Below are positions 1 through 34,476 of a stretch of DNA of 64,000 nucleotides, piece after piece. Origin of the DNA: Magallana gigas (lineage: Eukaryota). The position numbers and the translations under genes were made by a program. Numbering within the stretch: position 1 is the first letter of the stretch; each line of letters begins with the position of its first letter. Under the pieces are notes generated by a model, which had not been told where the DNA came from, ran no database searches, and saw only the letters and a list, made by a program, of their open reading frames with translations. The stretch covers positions 36,766,001-36,830,000 of the forward strand of contig NC_088860.1 of NCBI RefSeq assembly GCF_963853765.1, read 5' to 3'.

Positions 1-1178
1 ATTAAAAAAGTATAACCATATGGATTCAAGTAATATTAAGCTATCCATTATTAATATCAATTTTTAACCTATATATTCTTACATATCTTTAAACTGTTTT
101 TGTTCGTGACAATATTAAAGACTAGTTACTTATGTAGTAATCACTCATGAATAATTTACTGTCGTTGAAATCCTATATGAGTTAAATATCAAACACTGAT
201 ATGTATTCTATCCTTACTCAAATACTTTGAGGAAAATGCTTTCTCAGAATGAAAAAAAGTCTCACTCATGATAATGAAAAACCATCTATTGTATGTTATA
301 TACCTTTGGTTGTTATGTTATATTTCAATATAAAAAATAGATCAATGACCCACTTTTGAGTTAATAGCCAATGAATATAGCTTTCAAATCCCTGTCCATT
401 TTTGAACAAAAAATTGAATAATGAAATACAAAAACATTTATTGAATTGTACTACCTAATATATTAATCTTATATTGTTGTATTGTTGGCATAATATTTAT
501 ATGAGGTCAATGAAAAACAATGCCTTTCATCGTTGTTATGCATTTTTTATTTTTGTTAGAACACGGTTCACTTTTGAATTGCAAATAAGCCCGAATTTCA
601 AAAACTAGAGATTACCATTTCACCATATTTTCACAGTGGTAGTAGAATACCACTAGTTGGTGACTAGTAGATGACCCTGAGACTTTTCAGGCCTCAAATA
701 TGAATTACAAATTTTGAATTGCAAACTGCGTTCTAGAAAATCAAACACACTTCAACACATTTTCAGATCAGTTGCATTGAGTATATGCTTGTCCCCTGAA
801 ATGTATGCCTTTGGGTTGGTAGAATTTGAATTTTTCTTTGAAGTCACGTTTAAATTAGATTTCTAGGAATTTCAAAGAAGTTTCATCTTTGAATTTTATG
901 TTAATATGCCCAAACTCTCTTGGTTCCAATTGATCGATGTCAAGGGGATGTCTAAGTATAAATTTTATAAACACACACAAAATCTTGATGCATTGACACT
1001 ACTGTCACAAATTATTGTGTGTGAAAAGCAGGTTTCGAACAATCATATTAAGCATTTAATTCATGCATGCAAATAAAAGCAGATATGGAAATTGTTATGA
1101 CACAATCATTTTTCCCAAGTGCCGATAATGGGAAAAGGATTCTGAATACTGCTTAAAAATTATGTGGTCAGTATTGTA

Positions 1179-2000
1179 CTAAAAAATATGAATATATCCT
1201 CTTTCGTTTCCAACCCACAGTGTGGATTTGTAAAGAGACATGGCAGTCGGGCGTGTTACTTCATTCTCATTCAGTAGGTACTTCAAGAACTCCCCAGCAG
1301 GACTCAGAACATGAATATGGCTGTTGTCAATGTCACTTACAATGATTTTATAGCCTGAGTCGCACACTACATCAGATGGTGTGAAATGTTTCATGTGGTT
1401 CTGTCCACGGTAGACCGACTTAAGACATCCAGAGAAAGAAAGTATTACCAGTTCACTGATATCATCACTTGTCAAGTTTACCACACATATATCATTGTTA
1501 CCGTTCTGTCTGACTCTCCATGGTAGAGTAAACATCCTGGTCTTACCGTCCTCCTGGTACTCGTACTCACGGATGACGTCAACGGTTAGTGTCACGTGTC
1601 TGACTAGACGTCGGCTTTGTGGGTTGAGTTGCAATGGCTCAGAATTTTCATCCATTAGGGAGACAAGAAGTTCTTTTTCAATTGATTGACAGATTCCCCC
1701 AGGTTCTAGTGGAGCTGTACTAAATACTGTAGAGACCGAGCCTGACGGGGAAAGACGAACAATTGATTTGTTCTTGTAGTCAGTGACATACACATCACGG
1801 CTGCCTGTTACACACATACTATTAACAGTAATGTTCTTTTTCTTCTTTTTCTTGTTTCTTTTGTTCACTTTTCCAATGCAATTTGAATCCAGTGGTACAA
1901 CCAAACATGCATCGTCATTGACTGACTCTAAAACTTGTAACAATTTATCGCTGTATTGGAATGTTTCTGTCCCAGAAGCAGTAACGTCATCTAAATCCAC
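1179..2000 (-). CDS. NHL-repeat beta-propeller region of a bivalve TRIM-like protein (C-terminal part only; possibly a partial gene or pseudogene)
   Basis: 273-aa ORF with motifs typical of oyster TRIM2/3-like NHL domains (VYVTDYKNKSIVRLSPSG, SRRLVRHVTLT.DVIREYEYQEDG, RVRQNGNNDICVVN, SDVVCDS..KIIVSD, LWVGN). Clearly paralogous to 42425-43270. No B-box/coiled-coil coding sequence is visible directly upstream; a possible phase-0 acceptor lies just above 2000. Confidence 0.7.
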   Translation of the reverse strand: MDLDDVTASGTETFQYSDKLLQVLESVNDDACLVVPLDSNCIGKVNKRNKKKKKKNITVNSMCVTGSRDVYVTDYKNKSIVRLSPSGSVSTVFSTAPLEPGGICQSIEKELLVSLMDENSEPLQLNPQSRRLVRHVTLTVDVIREYEYQEDGKTRMFTLPWRVRQNGNNDICVVNLTSDDISELVILSFSGCLKSVYRGQNHMKHFTPSDVVCDSGYKIIVSDIDNSHIHVLSPAGEFLKYLLNENEVTRPTAMSLYKSTLWVGNERGYIHIF

Positions 2001-3489
2001 ATTAGGCTCCAGGTAGGAAAAAGATCACCCCTTTGCATTCACTGTTTCCGATGGACAGTTTTGTTGAAAATCCTCTAAATCAATCTTCAATCATTTTGTG
2101 TCAATTTTATCACTAGAACAATGACCGCTGTGTTTCTGTTATAACAGAACAAAGAGGTGACCTAGTTTTATAAAGTTATAGGTGCATGATTGCTAAAGGC
2201 AGTTACATAAGACTGGTTCTATTTGATCAGGGTTTAAAAGGTGTGTTATAGATTAAACAAGATCCTTGCACTTATTGTGCATTCTGTAACTGCAAATTCT
2301 CTAAAATACGAAATAGGTCCTGGTTAACCCTTGCTTTTACTGTTTCTGATAATTGATGTTAAAAATAGATATTTCAACAAATCTTGCAAACCATTTGAAT
2401 ATAGAGTATATTAGGCAGTCAAAATGAAGGACTCTGCATTTGTATATTCATTGAAAAGCCATGTGCAAGCAAGCATGTGTGTTATCTATAACACGGATAC
2501 CTAAAATTTAAAGAACAAATAAATTAAAAATATGGTACGGATGTTAATGTTAAGCAAAAACCATGCCGCACCATACCGGTTGAATAAAAACTATGCTGAT
2601 GCCAATTTGAACAGTAAGCAAGCAAATGTATATTCCTGGATAATATATAAGAATTATTGCTACTATGTAGATAAAACACTATAAATATTTCGCAGTGAGG
2701 ATTTATTAGTATATTTTGATAAACTTCTCTGAGTACCATGATATGCAATGCATACACCACAAATCATGGTACTCAGAAAAAGTTGAACAACATTCTTAGT
2801 AAATGTTTTACACGAAAAAATAAATACTATGTTTTTATCCGGGTTTTTTTATCCGTCACTTACAATGATATCTCGAGATCATAATTTTGTTTAAAATGGT
2901 CATAACTAGTTGTATTTGTGATGTACAAGTACACTCCATACTAATATACATAAAGAAAATTGACAAACATACTGTATGTTAATACTCGAGTAACTATGCT
3001 TATGTTTTTGTTTGGCTTCAACCGTTGATTTAGATGTTCTGTATATACTCTTTTAGCTTCAGATATAATAAGCAATGTTATGCAACAAAGACCGTAATTC
3101 CATTAACTTCAGTGTTATGACTGGAAGAGGAAGCCTAATGCATTTTAAGATTTGACATATATTAATATTATATATTACATTTAACATTCATAGCAGACTG
3201 ACTGTCAGTGGGGTCACTTCATTATTGTTTTGCAACGAATAAAAGCAACAATTTAGAAAATTTTAGTTACAATCTTAAGGTTTTTATTTTGTAGATTGAC
3301 TGACGATATACTCTTAACGTTAATTTTATTAATTGCCATGGCATTCCCTGTTCAACCAAAACTCAAAATTGTCAGCAAAACTGTTTAATGTATTGAAGAA
3401 TTTTAATAACCCATGGTGCGAAGCCATTAAGAAAACTTAAAATCAATGTGGATTGACATATATATGGTATCAAAACACAATAAACATAC

Positions 3490-4088
3490 CCTGGTTAAAA
3501 TCGAAAGTATACAATATTTTATTAGAGCAATTTAAGTAATCATGGTATAGTGAGGTACATAATTCTCTAAAAGGTTTAAATTATAGGATTTTTTAAAAGG
3601 TACTGGATTTTGAAAAGTATTTATTGGCTTTGCCAACAAAATTGTGTAAGAAATATTGTAACTTTAGAACTGGTAATGCTAAATTACCTATTGAAATAGG
3701 TAGATGGTTTAATATTCCTAGAGAAAAAAGAATTTGTAAATTGGGTGCCTGCAATAAAATTGGGGATGAATTTCACTCCCTTTTCAAATGTACTGATGTA
3801 TATATATCCAATTCAAGTGTTATATGTTTACCAAATTATTTCATAACAAATCCAAATGTTGTAAAATTTGAAAAACTGTTTAATGTCACAAACATAAACC
3901 AACTTACCAATATTTGTAAACTATTAGATACTATATTTGAGAGAGTTAACTCTCTTGGTTAAAATTTATCTGTTATCCCTTCATCATGCCTGTACCAATG
4001 ATTTTCAACTATTATATATATTGTAGTGTGTACATACTGTACATATGTATTATCTCTACACTGTACATCCAGTTATGAGAATAAACTT
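3490..4088 (+). mobile_element. 5'-truncated non-LTR retrotransposon remnant, ORF2 C-terminus (CR1/L2/RTE-X-like; clade uncertain)
   Basis: ORF 3624-3962 has FRT.N.KLPIE.GRW.NIPRE.RICK...IGDEFH.L..C, the C-terminal zinc-knuckle region of invertebrate LINE ORF2. The element ends near an AATAAA at ~4079-4084. Confidence 0.7.
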
Positions 4089-4586
4089 TAAAGGAGATAT
4101 CAGTCAATTCTCTGAAACTTTGATTTATCACAAATTAATGACCAATTAAGTTCCTTTCAAAATATTTGCAATAAACACAATATATTGCCAATTAAATATT
4201 TTTCAAATAAGATAAGAAGACCCTTTAAAACAACAATATTCTTCTTAAAGATATATTTTTCAATATTGTTTAATGAGATTATATAAGATCGTATTTTATG
4301 GTATGAGATTCCAATGCTCCACTGTGCTATGGTGTATGTTGTAAAAGATATGCTTCAACTAACTGTATATGAGTTGAACTCTTTAAACTTCCTTCCAAAA
4401 AAGAGGTAAATAAAACTTTCATTCTTTGACCAGTTTATATATAAATATATATGATTATGTTATATTATATTATATTATATGAAAATACAAAAAACAAAAT
4501 GTGCGTTGAATAAAGTTTATTTATCGTTGATGCTATGCACAATATGCCATCAAGGAATAAAACCTTTGCGCTTATTTGACTTTTGA

Positions 4587-26161
<21,575 letters not shown>

Positions 26162-27909
26162 CTATACAAGAATACAAAAATGAGCGAAAAGCGTTCTTCA
26201 TGGTTTGTGGTTAGCTGTGCGTCGTTTTGATATACGGTCGAGTTTATATAGATGTACAAATTGATTGACAGATTTGGTTTCCCAATCATAGTTTTCAAAG
26301 ATTTTATCTGACAAGACATTTCACGAAATGTTCAACAATTTTAGTATTTAAAAGCTGTTAGTATTTTTTTTTACCAATGGAAAAATTGGTTTTTACGCTC
26401 TGATAAAACGACGGTCCGGGTTCCAACCTACCTTAGTTTAGCTCACATTCACCATTCTCCTTCGATTATATCTATAATAAAGTATTACATTATAATTATG
26501 AGTATTATTATTATCCATTGAGATTATATGCGTGCATTGCGTGGTGTTTTGTCTAAAAACAGTCGGACAAGCAGAAAAATATACAATGCGTCTTTATTCT
26601 TTACTGATCGTTAAAATTTACCAGAAAGAGAATGAATTTGATATGTGCGGGAGAGAGAACGGGATGCAACTATTTCACCTAAAATGGAACAATACTAGTT
26701 GTAAATAAAAGATGCTTATCTGTTTCAAATTTTTGTGTAGTTTTGTGTTCATGTAACTTTCTTACTTCTATGCAAAAATATTGATCAAAATAGAATACTA
26801 GTATACTAGATACGCAATGATGTGAAAAATAAAACCCATGCTTGTTACGGATACTTGTTCTACATTTTGAAGATATAAATTGTAACCAATAGCCGTGGCT
26901 TTAACAATATGCCCAAAATATACACACTTGTTCTTGTACCCAAAAATTAAATTAATATATTCTGTTCAAGAACATATACTGTTAAGTATATAAATTGTGT
27001 TGATTGAAAGTATAGTAGTATCATAAGATATTGAACCAAAATAAATTGGTTATGTGCTTATAGTAAGATGTAAAGTAAATTTCACCCTTAAACGCGAAAA
27101 CTATTTTTTTTCCATTGTGTTGCAATGTTCAAAGGGTTTAGTTGTAATAATTCATAAATAAATAAGGATAGAAAAAAAAACTTACCCATAGTATAGAAAG
27201 GTAATTACAAATATATTTTTTTATATCTGTTTTTACTTTTTTTTTAGTTCTTATGGAACCTTATTGGTGACTTATCTAAAATTAAGACTATATATAATTT
27301 ATTATCATATGCAAGATATTTATCCTAGAAATGAAAAAAAATGTTAATATTTGCCTTTCGACAAAACTTTTGACAAACATAGACACATTTCCTCTTTAGT
27401 ACATTTAGCAGTACATGCACCAATTATCAGTTGAAAGAATCAGTCTCATCAATATTCATTTTTATGTAAGTATATTTTTACACCTGTTTATGACATGATA
27501 TAAGATTAGATATCTAAATAGATATAACGGAGAATGTTAATGTCGAAAAGGTGTCGTACTACTAGCGTACTAAACACCACCAGTCTTCTAATAGGCATCA
27601 ATGATAAAGATACAGAAATAAGAAATTTACAGAAATAAATTCCTTTTTAATTTCAAGCTTTTACTTTAAAATCCCTGGTTTTTTAGTACATGTTTTTCTT
27701 ACAGCCTTTTTTTTTTTGGAGTCACCTCTGTTTACGTCTTATAGTGGCCAACCGTTAGGAAAAACGAAAACAGAAAATATAAACGTTCTTTTTCTTATCT
27801 AGAAAGATACAAACTGGATTTTGAAAAAAAAAACTTCCATGAAATAGATTTGAGTCATTTTACTGCAAGCATTTCAAATCGACTTAAATTCTTAGTTGTG
27901 TGCGTCATT

Positions 27910-28650
27910 ACGCAACCCATCCCTCGCCCGCGGCCGAGAAAATCGGTCGCAGTGGTCGCGGCTGGACTACCTAGCGGTCAGCTGTTATCTAATACACAAG
28001 AGTCGCGTTTTCACATGTGAGTTTATTTAGCCGGAAACACAAGAATCGTACACATTAAAGCTTACTCTTCTAAATTTGAATTAAACGATAGAGTGTCAAT
28101 GAATAAATCGTTCTGTTTATTCATAAAATAAATGCCATTCTCAAACTGAAGAAGTATCAGACAGATAAACTGTAGGATTTAAGGGGAAAAACTATATTAA
28201 TTAGAGTTTAGTCATCATATTGCAAACATTTTAAATCTTCCTGGGCGTAAAAATTATCCGATCCCTCACCCGAGGACGAGGAGATCAGTCGCAGCTGCAC
28301 TACCTAGAGGTCAGAGGTTATTTAATAACAAGATATACTTGTTTGAGTTTATATACAAGAACTGTTTTGATTTTATGTTCTAAAAGTTTGTTCATCTTCA
28401 ATTTATTTAATTAAACATTAGAATGTAAATTTAGAAGTCCTTCTGAAAATTAATAAAAGCGATATCATTCCCAATCAGAAACATCGTCAGACATAAAACA
28501 ATGGTGAATATGTAAGTCTAAAAGGTTATAAAAACTATACTAATAATATTTTAGATAAACAACGAAAAACCACAAAGATTAAACCTTAAAATGATGATCA
28601 CCCCTAGCACATAGCCAAGGAGATCCCGCGCGAGTGGACAAGTAGCGGTA
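27910..28650. repeat. Diverged ~340-bp tandem repeat (about 2.3 units) with a GC-rich motif
   Basis: The motif ATCCCTC.CCCG.GG.CGAG.A.ATC.GTCGCAG...GACTACCTAG recurs at ~27919 and ~28261, with a degenerate copy at ~28597. Confidence 0.55.
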
Positions 28651-29399
28651 GCTTCATGTTCTTCTACATGTTCTTTATCACACATGCATGTTTATTGATA
28701 TTTTGTACGATCCCAACTATTTGTTTATTCGAGATTTTGACCGGTACATGTAAGATTGACTTGTGTTTCAACTTAAGATTTCTCTTAAGAAGAGAGAGAG
28801 AGAGAGAGCTCAGAACTAGAAGCATTATTTAGCCAAATTTAGAAAATGTAACACTCTCCAAGCGTTCAAGGCAGGATAAAAAAATCAAATATCGAATTAA
28901 CACATGCGGTAGAGTCTGACACGATAAAAGAATTGTCCGGAATTGAGGGATTCAGAGATTATTTTAAGAATGTTCACATGAATGTTTTAACAAGCTTTGT
29001 TTAGATTTTTTGGTTACATGATCACAGTGCAAGTGGTTTATTTTTTTCAAAATGTGGCGAAAACCAATGTTTGGCGACTACTTAACATGTGTAATTTTTT
29101 TGAAGATTTCCAATCAATTTCTAAATCTCATTTCCTAATGCTCTAATTGGTAAGAAGAAATGGTCGTGTAAAGATGACCTTTTATCAATACAGGGTCTGT
29201 CAGGCCTGACAAGTGTGAGGAGAAGGAGGTGTTTTAATCAGACTGATGAACAATCCTTTTGCGACACGAATTTGCGTTAGAAGACCTTCTCGTTGGTTTG
29301 CAACGAGCTCGGCTCTAATTTTACAGCGATAAGCTGGCCAGGTGAACATTCTTTTGAGAAGGCTTTAAATGAAAAATGTCCATAACAAACTGTCAACCA

Positions 29400-30620
29400 T
29401 CTAAAAATTCCACCAAAAAATACAAATCAAAGCAGAGCAACACGGACCTCTGAAAAGATAGAGGTAGGATCAGGTTCCTAGGAGGAGTGAGCATCCTCTG
29501 CTGACCGGTCACATCCGCCGTGTGCTCTTTGTCGTGATCGGAGGAAACGGAATAATCCGTAGACAATTAGGTGATTAATTACGGTCCAACAATTAATATG
29601 AAATTGTCAGTCAGCATGCAACCTAGTGGAAGATTGTATTTGGTGACAAGGTCGTTGTATCGACCATAGAACTTACGAAAAGATGTCTTCAAACAAGACT
29701 GCTGATAGTCCCTTTTCATCAACTTGTTTGTCAATGGGAATTTCAACAGACTGTTGGAAGACTTGATTTCCAAAAATTAAAAAGATGTTGTCTATCAGAA
29801 ACTCAAGCATTTTTTTAATGTCACCCTAGAGTACTTGTGTGTGCAATCAGAATGGTTTTTAGCAAAAAAAATTAAGATATCCAATGACAAGGTAAGCATT
29901 CCTACGACTTCCATATTTATTGAAGAAACAACTGTCGATATAAAAAAAAAGCCTAGATTTTTATTTGTCATTGGGAATGGTTGTATGAAGCGTTGCAAAA
30001 TCGTACGTTTTAATGTTATTGATTTTGGTAAGATTTTGTTACTTTAAAGTTTCTTCTAATCCTATAGAGTTTTTTAGTATCCACGTCTGATTCACACCGC
30101 TTCTAGAGTATATATTGTTGTACAGTACTCTTGAAGTTTCTCCTTCACTACTTTAAGAATAGAATACTTAACAGTAGGAAAAAACGGTATGGAGTCTAGC
30201 TGTCTTTGTACAACATAAAAGGGTTGAATGTAAAATAGCAATTTACACTTGAGTAACCACATGACTTTTATATGATATTGTAAACCTTATAAGGCAATCC
30301 AGCAAGCTATTGAAAACTCTACCGATATTTTCCAAATCGCTGTAAAACATTTCAGTTTCAGTAGAATTGATAAAATGTTTTCCAATTCCCTGTGGTATTT
30401 TTTGTATTTGACCTTAATCTTTGAATTTGTTGTCTTTTTGATAGGCCAAGTTAGACGCTTAATCCTATTAAGTGGTCCGAAGTTTTATGACGAACGGTAG
30501 AAAATGTAGAGCATCATCGAAATTCAAAAACTTTCAGGGGAATTCAGATCATCTCTGTATGAATAAATTGAAGAACACTCTAAGTGAAATTAAGACATTG
30601 ATGTGAGTTCTATCTCTTAC
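29400..30620 (-). mobile_element. Decayed, internally deleted Penelope-like retroelement
   Basis: Minus-strand RT fragments: YSRSGVNQTWILKNS, IKTYDFATLHTTIP, KMLEFLIDNIF, FGNQVFQQSVEIP, LTNKLMKRDYQQSCLKTSFRKFYGRYNDLV. These are followed by the CACGGCGGATGTGACCGGTCAGCAGAGGATGCTCACTCCTCCTAGG tail I recognise from bivalve Penelope-like elements. Confidence 0.75.
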
Positions 30621-30848
30621 GGTTTCAGAGGAGTAGGTTGAGTCTGATCAGTACTGTAGGTCTAATATTGTCGTTACATATTTGACCTTTCCATCGAAAT
30701 GAAGATTAAGAGGCTGGCCTCTAATAACAGGGAGTTAGGGACTTCAAAAGTTTTTTTGTCAAAAACATGTAAAGAAAGAACAATTCCTGATACAACTTTT
30801 CTACAATACACGGACGTCATATAAAGCATTATGTGTATTGCTGACACT

Positions 30849-30897
30849 TAAGCATTGAATCATTATTTTTTGAAAGATGTGGTCTCATAACTGCAAA

Positions 30898-30932
<35 letters not shown>

Positions 30933-31505
30933 GCGTTATGATAATTTGTTTGCATACATCGTTGCAGTTATGAGACCACATCTTTCAAAAAATAATGATT
31001 CAATGCTTATATTTACGTTTTTAAACATGTATTACCTTCCCGCAAATATTATTATTATCTGTCTTATTCAACTAGTAAAGCGAAATTAACGGAAGAGCCA
31101 TTGGAATAGCCGAATTATGCTGAAAAAAATAGTGCAGAGCGTTTTGAATTCTAATGACACAATTTTATTTTTCTTTCTGTAATTTAAAGAATTTACTTTT
31201 GGTATACTAAGAAATTAATCAATTGAATTCATTTTTCCGTCAAAATATATTTACATCAATGAAATAATAATCAGCGTAATATATTTACATCAATGAAATA
31301 ATAATCAGCGTAAATATAATATCAGGTCGTGGTCGGGTTTGAAGTCGTAAGAAGAGTCAGTTCGTGCTCTTCGATAAAGACTGAAGGAATACTGAATGTA
31401 TTCATACGCACCAGATTTGTTGATTGGGTCTTCTGTATTATGCGTAAATATCACCCAAATCAACCAATGCAATTTAATAGAGGGAAAGAAAGTCAATGTA
31501 AATAT
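30849..31505 (-). mobile_element. Non-autonomous repeat, copy 2 (inverted relative to 19161-19782), with 161-bp palindrome at 30849-31009
   Basis: Reverse-complement homology to 19161-19782 along its whole length. Carries a private 33-bp tandem duplication at ~31244-31312. Confidence 0.75.
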
Positions 31506-34336
31506 ACAATATTATTGTGAAGATTGTTTCTGAAAAGTGAACTTGATATTCGTCAATATTACTATCACTACAATGTTGGGATAATGATTATCAAACAGCC
31601 TTCCTTTGCAATTTATAAATTATCTACATACAAACAGAAATGTGATGTAGGCCTGTCTATTTCATGTAACAATGTATCAGATAAGTGCTAGAATGATATA
31701 AAATTCATTGCTGATCAATGTTTTCATTCACGCATGTAAAGAAAAATATCTTTTGATTTTTTTTTTGAATTTATTCAGATTTCAAAAAAGTAAGAATAAA
31801 TATGTGGTTCTCAATATTTTTTTATTGAAACCGTTGTTTGTTAGCTTTAAAATCAAACTCATTGTAAATGTCTTTTTGTATTTAAAAAAAACATGCGATG
31901 TAAATCCCTTTGTCATGCAACGTTTCGGATAAAGCAATGAAGAGTTGTATCATGAAACTTTATACCAAATTTTATTAGACACTTTTTTCTTACGCAATCG
32001 CAGGTTGGCCAAATACTCACCGAGACTAATCGGTTTGTATTTTGTTTTTAACGTTTAGCTGCATTAAAAAGGTAATACTGTCATTCCTATAATTTTGAAA
32101 ATGATTAATGAAAATTATTAAAATTACAGGAAAAAAACCTCCTCCCCCCTGCCCGGAAACAATATTATTCATCATAATCCCCTGTAAAAAAAATTTGATC
32201 CCCGCATATAACTGCATTTTTGAAAGATTGATAGGCGCTCTCCCCTTTTGATAAAAAAAAGTGCGCGTAAAATGTTCTTCATACAGAGCATACCCACTGT
32301 GTAAATATAGTCGTCGACTATGTTATTCTGTCTAACAAGTATATTTAGACACTTATGATTACCAAATCAGTTTCTAAAAATAAACTACACATGTGAAAAA
32401 TCAAACTATAGACAACTTCCAAAGATCTCTATGTGCGTCTATAGTACAGTACATTTAGAAGTCATGTTCTTTCCATCAATCGCCTTGGCAAAGATGCACA
32501 AATATTAGTACAATGTTGTTTTAGGCTCAAACTACGTTCGTCTAATAGCGAGCGCAGCGAGGCGGCGCGAAGCGCCGCTCGCGTAGCGAGCTCCATAGAC
32601 AACGTGTACGAACGGAGGAAATTCGAGTTGAAATCTGCACATTGTTCAAAGAAAATTTTATGAGGCCACGTGAAAACGTTCTACTATCCCAGTGATCCTT
32701 TGCGGTGCATAGCAACTTGGCGGAACAGGAAGCGTTTCTAAGGAAAAGTCTTACCTGTAAATCGCATACATCATTTTCATTTAACAATAAAAAATCCTTT
32801 TAAAAACATTTAAAGTAAACAACACATATGCTTACGTAAAAACTGTACCTATGACGTCATTTCCTTCCCCGAATTTGTCCGACAATTTACGAAAACTGTC
32901 GAGCGCAAAAAAGTTAAGTATGACGTCACAGTGATCTCGTGTTTTATATTCCCGCGATACATTTAGAGGTGGATCAAGCATCTGTACTGAATGTAACGTG
33001 TAGGAAGTACACAGTAGGGAGTCACCGTTAATACTGATACTGCGCTCACTATTAACGGGGACTCTTTGGCTGATTAGTTTTGTTTTGATGATTTTTTTTG
33101 CTCAGTAAGTACACATGCAAGTTCCATGCTAAATTTATTGTCACATTGATCCAATCATTGTATACGTTAGGTAGGTGACAAAAAATTATTAAAAAAGAAA
33201 AGTCTAATCATTATTAGATCTACGTGTAGCCACGTCATTTTGTAATGAATAAATAAAAGAAAAAAATTTAACTGTTAAAATATCTACATGTATTTGTTAT
33301 AGTTGCATATGTGGTCAAACCTTTCAATAATATTGGATAGCACACACTAAAAAAAAGGGGGAGGGAACATGTCTACAACGTATAGCGTACAAAAATTAAA
33401 AAGATTAAAAACAAAATTGATGTCACAGAGGAAAATTAAAACACCGGTAACAACAAGGAACAAAATGAGAAATAACACAGACACACAATTTATTGATTTT
33501 AATGATCATTATTAAAAGGTAAAGAAGAGATAAAAAATAAAAAAAACCGGCTTTGTGTTTATCAAAATATTCTATGATAAGTCTGTTTAACATTTTATTA
33601 ATGCTCAGTGGTAGTTTTTTGTTTAAGTGTATAAACCTAGTAAGGGACCATTGGAATAAAAGTTTGATATCTTCCGGTTCCTTGCGGTGGTAAAAGTTTT
33701 CGAGACAAAGCCAAAGTTTTTTGGTTTGGTTAAGTCCACGGGTTGCATTTAACAATGATGACAGATCTATGTGTGACTCCTTCTGCGCTCGCCCCAACGG
33801 TCACACCGTAAAACATATTAGTATGAAAAATGTCCAGATTATCTCCCTTTGAAACGCCCCTCTACCGCTTCAGGTTTCAAAACACAACCCAAAATAGAAA
33901 GTCTACAAGGATTTTGCTGCGCATCAGCCATGAAATAGCCCGGATGATAACGTTGAAAGTGGTGCGAGGTATTTCGAGTGACTTCCAAACAGTAAAAAAA
34001 ATGTAAGCAAGTCCCATTATAAAACGCCGTAAGGAACTTGTTTTCTTTTCTGGAGTTTTTATGAATGAAAATTGATAATATCTCAACGAATACATCTTGG
34101 ATATTTTTCCATATTTCGATTTCATCTGTATTTCTTTCACAGGTAAGTGTATTTTTATAGAAAATCATTAAAAAGTTATGGAAGCAATAAATTATGTGCG
34201 TAAATAATGCGTTTACAATTCACCGTAGAATTCAAATTTATATTTTGATCAACTAGTTTTTGATCAACTATTTAAGAAAAGTCAAAAGCCGTAAAGTTTT
34301 CTTAATAATTAAGACATCCAGTAATATGATAAATCA

Positions 34337-34476
34337 AATAGTGTCTGTTTGGGAGGGCAATTGTTGAAATTTACACCCCTCAAAAACCATTGTCAACCGA
34401 TCGAGGCAATGCGAAGGTTGATAATTTGTTCGAGGGGTGTCAATTTCAACTGTTTCCTTCGCAAACAGGCACTATT
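34337..34476. mobile_element. 140-bp imperfect palindromic MITE-like element
   Basis: Arms AATAGTGTCTGTTTG...GTTGAAATTTACACCCCTC...TTGTCAACC and GGTTGATAA...GAGGGGTGTCAATTTCAAC...CAAACAGGCACTATT are reverse complements. Confidence 0.6.

Noticed and set aside
27186-27300. Strong minus-strand donor (TATGG|GTAAGT at 27185) as the NIDO gene's signal-peptide exon
   Set aside because: Frames upstream hit stops before any ATG that would give a signal peptide. It could be a UTR or ATG-only exon, but I cannot support that.
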